Shown: piece after piece, positions 12,344 through 23,028 of the stretch
Layout of the letters: each line of letters starts with the position of its first letter
How positions within the stretch are numbered: the stretch's first letter is position 1
From: Eledone cirrhosa
Taxonomy: Eukaryota
Reading direction: 5' to 3'
NCBI GenBank assembly: GCA_964016885.1
Contig: OZ024740.1
Span: 240,808,001 to 240,872,000, forward strand
Length of the DNA: 64,000 nucleotides
Translations under genes and position numbers: made by a program
The notes under the pieces: model-generated
What the model was told of the DNA's origin: nothing
Seen by the model: the letters and a program-made list of their open reading frames with translations, nothing else
Databases searched by the model: none

Positions 12344-13567
12344 AATAATATATAAATATATATATTGTTTCATGTAATACAATACTTCAGTATATTTTAA
12401 TCGTGTATATACACGAAAAAAGAATCAGTTGAGTGTGACTGTTTCTAGGTAAGATCTAACAACAATTGCATAAATGATGAGCACACTATATGATTGTCAC
12501 CAGAACGAAAGGAGAACTGGCTACTACTTCATTGATGTGAGTATGACTGTTAGTATTATTTTTACAGAGGAATAATCTCTTACATGGATAAAAGAAAGAA
12601 GAAAGTCCTGACATTTAAATACTTCCAAAGGACATTAAAAGTGTAAATAAAGTGAAAGAAGTCCAGCTTGGAAACGAAATTAAGACACACATTTGGCTCA
12701 CAGTTAGTTTATATTTATTCTTGTTGATAAATATACAAGGTAACATAAAAATCAAAAGATCATGATAGACATAGTTTGTTGTTGCATTAAGCTCTGACCT
12801 TCACAGTTACTTCCACTACATGTACAATCACTTTCAAACATCCAAACCCACCTATAGCATCCTAGAACATTACTATAACACCATCCTAAAAATACTTCCT
12901 CTCCAACTGATTCAAGGTAAACATAAAAATAACGCATATGCAAAAATAGCAGCAGCATCAATAGACTCATCAGTTTCTTATATACTGTGCTGGGATGTAC
13001 ACCCCAATGATCAATATAAGAGATCAGTAACTACCTTGCTCTGACCTAGCTCACCTCTGCTGTGGTCACGACTAAAATCTACAGGCTTATAGAAAGAATG
13101 CATACTGAAAAATGTCACATTGCACCCAATACAATTAACAACTGAATGTACAGTATGGCCCTTAACTATGCAGAGCTATGGTATATCCAGAACAAAAGAC
13201 CTGTGGGTCACATCTACTCATTTACTGAACTACTACCGATGTGCCAGTTTGCTTGATCAGAGCTGATCTGGGCTATACAACAATAACCACAACCATCCCA
13301 CCATGGAGAAAATGCTTTGCAGTATTTAAATATATCCTTCTAAGTCCTGATTTTAATTCCTGCCATGATCAACTTTGTCTTTTATGTTTGTAGGGCTGAT
13401 AAAATATAATAACATTCAAGAACTGGGTAGTTGTAATCAGCTATATCTTTTTCGTTTAAAATGTGTTACCATGGGGGTCAATGCCACCAAACACCAATAT
13501 TTACAATAATTCTCTCATTTTTGAATGATGGGAATGGAGAAGGAAAAATAGCCTGCCATAAACTTAA

Positions 13568-13760
13568 CCCTTTAGCATTTAAAATGGCTGTATCTGGCCA
13601 GAATTTTCTTACCTCTTTCTGTTCAAACTGCTGTAACTGGCCACTCATACCAATGTTAAGGTATTGTTCTCAAAATCTCATAGATTCAATATTATGTGAG
13701 ATAATTATGTGAGGTAAAGTCTTTACTGAGAAAATATAGAGTAATGTAAATGTTGAAGGG
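13568..13760. mobile_element. piggyBac-type MITE
   Basis: TTAA|CCCTTTAGCATTTA ... TAAATGTTGAAGGG|TTAA. Confidence 0.75.
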
Positions 13761-14504
13761 TTAAGAAACACTTGACATCACAATTTTTCATTTTACCTTT
13801 CTTTAAAAAACTCAAAACAAAAAAACAAAATAATGGTAGAGCACTAGACTAAATGCTTACATTAATTACTTTCACTTCTGATCATTCTTGGTTCAAATTC
13901 TACATATCTGGATTTTGCAATCCCTTACTCCTATGTTGAAAAAATAAAATAAATGCCAGTAATATGGTATCCCTAACTCTAACCCAAATTCTGAGAAACT
14001 ATTGATATTTTCAATACTTTTAGGGACAATAATATAGTCTTCAGATATTGCAGCAATGGCACTAAATCTTCATCAACATTCACAATATCAAGTATTCTGC
14101 TATTCTATAATTTGGTTTGGTTACTGAAGTCCCAACAAATTTTTGCTTTATTGTTTCCTAGTATTTTAGCTATTATTTTGCTGTTGCTATTGTTGTTTGC
14201 TGTTTCAGTTAAGAAACATAAAGTGTTCTTGACACGCTGCTGCTAATTTTTCCCTTTGTCATGAACCTTCAAACATTAATGTTTTAATTTCTACTTTATT
14301 TATGCAATGTAATATAAATTTTGTAGTCAAAATAAATGAATTGAATTGAAATTGAAAGTTACCATTTTGTAGAGATATGTAACCTATAGATTCAGTCGTT
14401 TTATCGTTGTTATATGCTTTCACAACATGGGATGGGAGTGATTGATAAGCTCCCAAACCTCATTTGCTTACCAAGTGTGTGTATGGGGGGCGGGGGAGAC
14501 TTCA

Positions 14505-14700
14505 TTAAATCAGACCAAGGAAACAATCTTTTGATTACTCTTTCTATTGCTGATACTATCTACTAGCTGCAACTCCTAGCAGAAAGAGCAATATGTAATA
14601 AAGTGTCTTGCTCAAGGACATAATGCATTGCCCAGTCCGGGAATCGAACTCGCAACCTCACATTTGTGAATCCAATTCTCTAATCAATAAGCCATGCACC
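14505..14700 (-). mobile_element. tRNA/CORE-like SINE
   Basis: Reverse-complement match to 6894-7085 (AAAGTGTCTTGCTCAAGGA, GGAATCGAAC). Confidence 0.65.
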
Positions 14701-15202
14701 TTTACAACATAGCCAATGAAAATTCTATGTGTCTTGGGTATGTGCAAAGTTTTGTTTTGTTTATGGTTTTTAAAATTATTTATTAGTAAATAAATTAGAA
14801 ACCAATTAAAAACCAATATTAGCCAAAACAAAGAGAAAAGATATGTTTTACTAATTTCAGATATATGACTCTGGCTATGCTGCAGTATCACTATACAGGT
14901 ATTTTTAAAAGCTTTGTTTTGATTTGTTTTACTGACAAATTTTGATGATATAATCTTTAAAATATTTTAATATGTAAAAAAACAAAAAAACAAAAACAGT
15001 AAATAAAAGAAACTTTCCATTATACTTATTGTAAGGTGTTAGTTAGACACACATATACGCACACACACATACACAAACATGCACACACACACGCACCTGT
15101 ACACACACACAGATACACACATACACAGAGGAGGGCAAGATAAATAGGAATATATAAGTTAATAGCTAGTAGTTATAATATAAAACTATTAAATGTTACA
15201 TA

Positions 15203-15386
15203 CAGGTAAAATTCCGTTACAGCGAAAACCATAACAAATTTTTCAGAATAAAAAAAATTATTTTCAATACGCAAGGTAATAACAAACAAATGCTCAATTT
15301 CTTTTGGTTGATCTCTTCATAAAGAATTTTTTATTACAACAAATTGTTTTATACCCCGTGAATTTCATTATAATGGAATTTCACTG
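15203..15386. mobile_element. Tc1/mariner (pogo/Tigger-like) MITE
   Basis: TA|CAGGTAAAATTCCGTTACAGCGAAA ... TTTCATTATAATGGAATTTCACTG|TA. Confidence 0.7.
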
Positions 15387-15642
15387 TATTTGTAAACAAC
15401 AATTTGAAAGAGAAAAAAATGACAATAAAATATGTTTATAAAGAGCTTTTTTGGGAGATAGCCATTAATAATAGATGACTTTATATATGGAAAGCTTTTT
15501 CATTTTTGATTTTCTTTTTCAAAAGAGAATATCAACATGCCAATGTTTTATTGAACATCTTCAATAAGAAATTCATGTGGATGTGGTTCATTGAACTATG
15601 AACAGATTGATTATATAAGACAACAATAACAACAAAACAGTA

Positions 15643-15738
15643 ATGTCATTTCAAGATATTTATCTGGATGAAGAGCTTTCAACAGCTTCCAACATTGATG
15701 AAGCTGAAGATAAAATAGCTTTGAGAAATATTCTGAAG
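15643..15738 (+). CDS. Predicted first coding exon of the TRP channel gene (MSFQDIYLDEELSTASNIDEAEDKIALRNILK)
   Basis: ATG follows an in-frame stop. The exon is 96 nt with donor AAG|GTTAGT in phase 0, matching the phase-0 acceptor TTTTTACAG| at 19624 in frame with the long ORF. Confidence 0.6.
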
Positions 15739-16849
15739 GTTAGTAATATATTTATACTTTTTTTACAGTATTATATTTAAAAAATAATTACAAGAAATAA
15801 TTCATTAACAAACTAACAGAGTCTGTACGTGGTTGCTTGAGCTGCAGGAAGGAGCAGCTAAATTTCCTCGTGTCTTAAAAGAAGAAAAGATACATTGGAT
15901 AATGTGATTTTGACCCCCCCCCCCCCCCCCCCAAAAAAAAAACAACAACAAAAAAAAAACAACAAACAGATGGAACACCTTTGGTCATAGGTTTGCACAG
16001 TCAGAGCTGACATGGTGACAAACAACAACAACACATAAACGAGATTAACATTTGAAATATATTATTATTTAAATGAAAAAAACAATGTTGTCTCTGATGT
16101 GAATACATATAAAATTGAGAAAACTCATCGCTAGAACAGACGTTAAAACAGCTAAATGCTGTCAAAGACAGCGATGGCCAAAAATGCCTCAGAGGACAGA
16201 GACGAGCGGCCAGTGTCAACAGAGAGACAATCCATTAGGTGGGTGACAGACTGATGAAATATAAAAAAGATTGAAAGAGGAGCAGAAGGAGAAGTGTGAT
16301 CGCGGATAGAAACGACTGGAAGAGGAAATAAAGAAAGGCGATGTTTGCAAACACACAAACTGGGAGGAGATAGCTCTAAATAGGGCTGAGTGGAGAAAGT
16401 GCATAAAGGGCTGTTGCAAAACGTTTGAAGAAAGTCGCCTAGAACATAAACAACTGAAGCGTCAGCTCCGGAAAGGTTATGCTCACAGTTTGATGAAGTC
16501 ATCAGTAGTTGGACATGCGAATTCTATCAGCGTGTACTCCTCTCAAAAGCTGGTTACGTTAATCCCCTGAAGTCACATGAAAGAACAGCTACCTGCAATA
16601 CCACTTAACAAAGACCTAGTGAAACAACGTGCGTGATATGCAACAAGTGTGTAGAACTAGTTTCTTGGGAGCTACAGGTGTCACCCATTGCCCCATCTCC
16701 CCTAGTAGTATACCAGTTGGTTCGGATATGCTTATTAGTCTGGTAGTTGTCCTCATATCGCAACAAACCATCATATCTGGTGGCCGTATCACTATCCGCC
16801 AGCTGCGACGCGTTCTCTATCTAAACTGTAAAAGCGTCCAAAGTTAAGA

Positions 16850-18436
16850 CATGGGAGAACTTTGGGGTTAAGCTGGAATCCGATCACAACAGCATCTTCG
16901 GATGTAATACAACGTGCATTTGGGAGCAGTGACTAATCTCTCAGAGGCTGAGGTCGTAAGAACAATCAAAGAGTTCAAATGTGGCAAAGTCGCTGGAGAA
17001 GATGAAATCTGGCCCGAGATGTTAAAAGCCTTAAATACAGAAGGTATTCTGTGGCTGACTCGTGTGTGCCGGGTTGCTTGGATCTCTAGTAAGACACCCA
17101 AACAATGGCAATAGGGAGCGATAATCTAAATTTTCAAAAAGGGAGACAAGAGAGATTGTTTCAATTACAGAGGGATATCCTTGTTAATCCTCCTCAGTCA
17201 AGTATATGCTAAGTGTCTGGCAAAGAGATGCAGGGATATTGTCGAATCCAAGCTAGCTTATGAACAGAATTGTTTTTGCCCCAGACGCAGCACAGCCGAC
17301 CAAATATTCACACTGCAGCAGCTATTTGAGATATCTTGGCAGTATTACCAAGAATATATTCTTGAAAAAGTTCCTCAGGACCTGCTGTGGAAGGCTGTTC
17401 AGGAGTGTGGGATTGATTGTCAACTTCTTACTGCCCTGATGACTCTATATGAATGCTCGAGTATTTGTGTTTGGATAAATGGTGCTAAATCGAAACCATT
17501 CAATGTGGGAGTTGGACTTCGCCAAGGGCGGGTACTCTTATTTACTTGGACAAGATTGACATGTGCAGCCGAGTTGGAAGTGATATCAAGATTGGTGGGT
17601 GTAGGATCACTTGCTGGAATTTGCAACGACATGGTATTACTTCACTCGACAGAAGATGATCTTTGATTTGCACTTGTTAAGTTTGATGCTGAGTGCTGCA
17701 TGCCTGGAATGAAAATCAGTGCTGCAAAGACTAAGACACTTGCCCTCTCAAGGAAGCCTGCACAGTGCACTCTACATGTGAATGGAGTTCCACTGAAGCA
17801 GATGGAGAAGTTCAAGTATCTCGGGGCTGTGTTCATGATTGATGGAAGGCCGGCAGCTGAATTAAGTGCAAGAATTGCAAAAGCTGGTGCAGTAATGCGC
17901 CAGATTCAGCATTCAGTAATCAGAAGAAGGGAGGTAGGTATAAAAGTCAAACTCGCTATCTTCAATTCGGTATTCGTGTTACTCCTTACCTTTGTTCAGT
18001 AATCTTATCTTGGGTAATAACCGAAAGAATACGACGATCGCGAATACAAGCAGCCGAAATGGTGTTCCTCTGAAGGATCTTTGGAGTTACGTTACTCGAT
18101 AATGTGAGTAGTTTGGAGATCAGAGAGCCACTCCAGGTAGAGCCATTACTTCTCCAAATTGACAGATCACAGCTCTAATACTATGGACATGTGGTTAGAA
18201 TGTCTCAGCAAAGAATCGCTGGACAGATTTTATTGGCTAAACCAACTGACAGGAGATCCAGGGGTAGACCCTGAGCAAGATGGTTGGATAACATCCATGA
18301 GCTTGGCTAGTCTCACTTGGGGATCCAGCCGGATCAGTTGGAGACGGTTGCTTATGACAAGACCTGCTGGAAGGAGTGTTTGAGGACTCTGTCCTCACGA
18401 CGCTCTCAGGAATAAGAGGGCAAAGAAGAAGAAGAG
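16850..18436 (+). mobile_element. Degenerate RTE-clade LINE (Expander/Rex3-like), intronic
   Basis: GEDEIWPEMLKAL, VGVGLRQG, MEKFKYLG, SRIQAAEM, LQVEPLLL and a (GAA)n tail. Confidence 0.8.
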
Positions 18437-18669
18437 GTGTCATCTTCTTCTCCCTCTCACAACAGTGGAGCTTCATTTCGCTACTATCGCCTCCATTGTA
18501 AAAGTAACAACTCAAACACGAGCAGGCAGAATGTCACACTATGAGCAGCACTGCCATAACCACAACGGGCAGCAATAGCTGTAGGTGTATGCATACAACG
18601 TCATCGTAATGATTCTAAAGGGGTGGTGGCAAGAGCAAAGATCAACATAGATTAGTGGATGGATTTGTG

Positions 18670-19090
18670 TCTCGGCACTTGGAGCGACGGACCGGTTAAA
18701 CTGCTTGGGTTTGGTTCGGATAAGAACTGGTGGCCTGTCTCACCTAGAAATGAGCTTAGAGAAAACTATTCCTGGAAGGTCAGGCAGAGGTGGCGAATCC
18801 CTTCATCACCTCCCTCATAACTTACCACCAGACAGTAGAGGATAAATTCGACTACTGATTCAGCCCACGATGAAGATTTCCCAATTGTCCCTCTAACCGG
18901 AAGCTAAAAGGACGGTCAAGTTCTCATCAACCTTTTGAAGTTTCACATTGAAATGAAGGTGAATGGGGCCCTAGGTGGGGGCCTTCTTATATCAGGAGGA
19001 CTGGGTACTTTATTTGGATACTATTTATGTTTTTTCATCCGACTCCATTGTGGTAAATATAAATATAAAAAGTCGTCGTCGTCGTCGTTG
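18670..19090 (+). mobile_element. Heavily deleted remnant of the L1/Tx1 family seen at 49261-55265
   Basis: Collinear blocks CTCGGCAC.TGGAG, GACGGACCGGTTAAA.TGCT and GAAGGTC.GGC.GAGGTGGC match ORF2. Confidence 0.6.
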
Positions 19091-19624
19091 TTGTTTCGTG
19101 TTGTTTCTATTGAATTCACAGTACTCTACATATGTGTCCAGTGTCCAATCGTGCTATTTTCTGTATGTTGTACATATTTGTAAGTCTTGGGAGTAAATAG
19201 ATGCTGTAAGGAAGCACGGCTTGTCATTTCGTACAAAAGGAAAAACAAAATAACAGGTGTGTTATATAGCATCTATTGCTAAGTCCGAATTCTAGAACTG
19301 TAGGTGGCAACAAGAAGCCATTCTGTTATATCTATTCCAAAAATCTTGGAAATGTTGCAAGATTACGTGGAGTAGCTGCCAATTCCATAAAATGTGTTAT
19401 GTCACGTCAGAGTGTTGTTAACCCAAGTAAGCCTAATACGAACATTGAATTCAATATTAAATTTATTTTTCCACTTAACTTTAATCCCACCAGCAATGTT
19501 TAGTAAGTCACCTTTTATTATGCAAAATTTTGTTGTTATCCTAGACATTGTTGTATGATTAATATTTGACACAGCAACCAATTGTTCATATTAATTCTAC
19601 ATTTAAAAATAAAACTTTTTACAG

Positions 19625-22600
19625 AAACAATCAGAAACCTGGGGAAGACCCGCAAATACTGATTGGACAGAAGAACTAAATACGTTTCCTAATGAATTGC
19701 GAGAAGAAATGAAAAATGGCACTGTGAAAACTCTTGAAGAATATATAAAAGACAAACCAGAGCATCTAAAACATTGCGCTTTGCAATATGCTATAGAGGA
19801 TAACCAAAATGAAATAATCAAGTTTCTGATTAGAAATCTAGATAAGTCTATCTTACTTCATAAATACGATGTATTTATAGATGAAGGAATTACTGAGAAA
19901 AGTTTATTACAATATTTTACTGAGTTAAACAATGAAGAAATGGCAAAATGTTTCTTAAGCAGATTTCCACCATATTTACGCCAGAAAATAATTCTTGAAG
20001 AAATCATTATAAACTTTCCCGGGAAATTATCCCGAATTATAACATGCTATCATTTAGCTGCTTATTTAGGCTTAACGGAACTAACACATTTTTATATATC
20101 GGGGGAAATTGGAATTCAAATTGATTTTAAAACCCAGACGGGGGAAACTGCATTAATGTGGGCTGCTCGAGGTAATAAAACATCACTAATTGAAACGCTC
20201 ATACGTTCAGAGGCTAAACCATCTTTAAAAAACATTAATGGTTGTACTGCACTTCGTTGGGCAGTTCGTTATGGACACGCCAAAAGTGTTGACGTTCTTC
20301 TAAAATACTTTACAAATGAACATAAGCCAGATTTAATATCATCTTTTAATCTTGCATCAGCATTAGGTTATAGTCAAATCGTTAAATCGATAATTAACTC
20401 AGGTTTGATTGATGTGAATACCCCTGATAGTGGTCAGCAATATCCTATTCACTTAGCAGCGAAGGAAGGTCACGAAGATATATTACGAATTTTATTCGAA
20501 AATAAGGCAGATCTCAATAAAACTGATGCAAAAAAGAATACAGCTTTGTTTTTGGCAATACAAAATGATCAGATACATGCTGCTCGTTTATTAATAAAAT
20601 TTGGTTGTGATGTTTTTCATAAAAATCTGGAAGACGAGGACATTTGGTCCCATGCACGGCTTAATAAGAATAATGCCTGTCTGACAGGTCTCATATACAG
20701 CCTGATGGAAAAATTTAAAGAAGGAAACATTAAAATGAAGATATTTTTTACTACTCAATCACCAGTTTTCGAGTTTGCAAAAAATGGAGATTTAGAAAAA
20801 TTAAAGTTTTTATCGACACTTAAATTAAATATGAAAACAAAAGATGAAAATAACAACACGATACTGCATCTTGCCGCTCAAGGGAAACATCAGGCCATCA
20901 TAAACTATTTTAGTGATCCAAACTGCATTAATGAACAAAATATCTCTGGAGAAACTGGACTACATTTAGCTGCTTCCACTGGATGCTATGAAACAGTAAA
21001 TACTTTTATTACATTGGGTGCAAAAGCTAATATTAAAAACCGCGTTGGGGAAGCAGTTTTACATATTGCTGCAAAATCTAAAAACACTTCTACTGAAGTC
21101 ATGAGGTATTTAATTATATACGTGATGAACAGACATTCTTGGGATAGTTTAAATGATACTGATAATAAAGGAAGAAATGCTCTTCATGTGGCAGCGCTAT
21201 ATAATTCACCGGACGTTATTTGGGAATGCCGTATTTTGACCAGTAATAGATCTGATACCAATGGTGATACGCCATATCACTTAGCTATTCGCCCTGGACA
21301 ACCAAACATATTTCACAAGATGCTTGATATTTACGATTTTAAATTAGATAAGTTAGATCTCAACCAAAGAAATAATAAAGGTGAAACTGTGGTTTTTAAA
21401 GTTGTACAAAACCATTTGTCTTGTTGCTTTAAAAGATTACTTCAGTACGACATTGATTTAACAATACCGTATAAAAATAACGACACTGTCTTACACCTAA
21501 TAGTTAAAGCTTGTATTGCTGACAGGGATAATCTCAAAATGATCGACGCATTTATTGACTATGTTGTTTCAAATAAAAATTTTAAATTATTCAGAAAATT
21601 AATTTTGGAACTGGAAAATGAGGAGAATTTCACTGTATATAGTTTGGCTTTTAGCGAACTTGCTAAAGAAATAGTAGAAAAACTGATGACAATAAAAGAT
21701 ATAACGCAATTTGAGGAAGGTGGCCAGACGTATTTTGATGTGACACAAATCATGAACAATAATTTGTACTCCCGAAACGGCAATATCCATCGCTTAATCC
21801 TTAATATGAAAACTACCAATTCATTACAGGATTTGCTTACTATCGCGCCATTAATAATTATTAGAAAAATGTATGAACAAATGAATATTACATTGTGCTG
21901 TGTGGCAATGGTCATTCATTTAGCACACATGATAGTGTTAAGTTACGTTGCCTGTGAGTGTATAAACTATAAAAGAGTGGAAGCGGAAAATACTACATCT
22001 AATATTTCAGTGGAAATGCATATAAAAATTCTCTCAAGTTTAATTGAACCCATTTTAGTTCTAATTCTCTGTCTGATATCTTTTTACCATTCCACACGCA
22101 GATGTTATATACAAAAGGAAGTTAAATTATACAAACGTCTTTGTTGTAAACATATATTAAAATTTATACTGATAGGTTATGCTGCATTTTCTATTACCTG
22201 GATATTTTTGTTTTATACAAACGAGCCAAGATACTACATCATTTTAGGTATAGCTTTGTGTTATGGTTGGCTTTTCAGTATAATTTTTATACGAGGCATT
22301 AAAACATTCCATTATTTTTGGCGTGTGATGCAAAATATTTTTAAAAGAGATATCAAAAGGTTTATGGTTATGTACTTATTCGTTTTAATTGCTTTTTCAC
22401 ATTTATTTCAGATTTGGTTAACAGGTAGCAATTTTTTTCAGGAGGATAACCCTATTCCAACAATGTTTACAATGTTTTATTTAATAATAGGGATGGAGGA
22501 AATATTTGATTATACTCTGAAAGATGGATTGAATAAAGCTAGTAATTTGAGTGTCCTTTACAAATGTGCATATTGTCTTTATGTCATTTTGGGTGCCATT

Positions 22601-22825
22601 ATTCTTTTAAATGTTCTGGTTGCAATGATGAACGATTCTTATGTAGATATTAAACAAAATAACGAGATTTATTGGGAAATAGAATCATTCAAACAAGCTA
22701 TTCGAATGGAAAAATTGTGTCCTAAAATAGCTGGATTCTTCAAAAAAGAATATATTGTTAAGAGAAAGGAGGGCAATTCGATTAGATATTATACTATTAA
22801 ACAATTGGAAGATATAACAAATTAA
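19625..22825 (+). CDS. Ankyrin-repeat TRP cation channel (TRPV-like core), main coding exon
   Basis: Open for 1066 codons. About 16-18 ankyrin repeats (GETALMWAA, YPIHLAAKEGH, GETGLHLAA, GRNALHVAA), six hydrophobic segments, pore FTMFYLIIGMEE, S6 ILLNVLVAMMNDSY and a TRP-helix Trp. Confidence 0.9.
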   Translation, partial: KQSETWGRPANTDWTEELNTFPNELREEMKNGTVKTLEEYIKDKPEHLKHCALQYAIEDNQNEIIKFLIRNLDKSILLHKYDVFIDEGITEKSLLQYFTELNNEEMAKCFLSRFPPYLRQKIILEEIIINFPGKLSRIITCYHLAAYLGLTELTHFYISGEIGIQIDFKTQTGETALMWAARGNKTSLIETLIRSEAKPSLKNINGCTALRWAVRYGHAKSVDVLLKYFTNEHKPDLISSFNLASALGYSQIVKSIINSGLIDVNTPDSGQQYPIHLAAKEGHEDILRILFENKADLNKTDAKKNTALFLAIQNDQIHAARLLIKFGCDVFHKNLEDEDIWSHARLNKNNACLTGLIYSLMEKFKEGNIKMKIFFTTQSPVFEFAKNGDLEKLKFLSTLKLNMKTKDENNNTILHLAAQGKHQAIINYFSDPNCINEQNISGETGLHLAASTGCYETVNTFITLGAKANIKNRVGEAVLHIAAKSKNTSTEVMRYLIIYVMNRHSWDSLNDTDNKGRNALHVAALYNSPDVIWECRILTSNRSDTNGDTPYHLAIRPGQPNIFHKMLDIYDFKLDKLDLNQRNNKGETVVFKVVQNHLSCCFKRLLQYDIDLTIPYKNNDTVLHLIVKACIADRDNLKMIDAFIDYVVSNKNFKLFRKLILELENEENFTVYSLAFSELAKEIVEKLMTIKDITQFEEGGQTYFDVTQIMNNNLYSRNGNIHRLILNMKTTNSLQDLLTIAPLIIIRKMYEQMNITLCCVAMVIHLAHMIVLSYVACECINYKRVEAENTTSNISVEMHIKILSSLIEPILVLILCLISFYHSTRRCYIQKEVKLYKRLCCKHILKFILIGYAAFSITWIFLFYTNEPRYYIILGIALCYGWLFSIIFIRGIKTFHYFWRVMQNIFKRDIKRFMVMYLFVLIAFSHLFQIWLTGSNFFQEDNPIPTMFTMFYLIIGMEEIFDYTLKDGLNKASNLSVLYKCAYCLYVILGAIILLNVLVAMMNDSYVDIKQNNEIYWEIESFKQAIRMEKLCPKIAGFFKKEYIVKRKEGNSIRYYTIKQLEDITN

Positions 22826-23028
22826 TGAAACAAAGGACGAAACAGGAAAAAGAAATCTACCCACACTCTATCAAGCCTCTTACGATATAAATACACAAAA
22901 ACAAGTTATTACGCTGTATCCTTTTTGTTTTCCGCCTCAGAAACGTTTTCTAATCATCATCTCCAACTGAGAGGCAAATTTCAACTTGTCTTCGCCATAT
23001 AGTATATTCTCAAATTCCTGGATTAACA

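Noticed and set aside
12568-12739. Possible upstream non-coding exon of the TRP gene
   Set aside because: Only AG and GT-like boundaries support it; there is no coding or transcript evidence.
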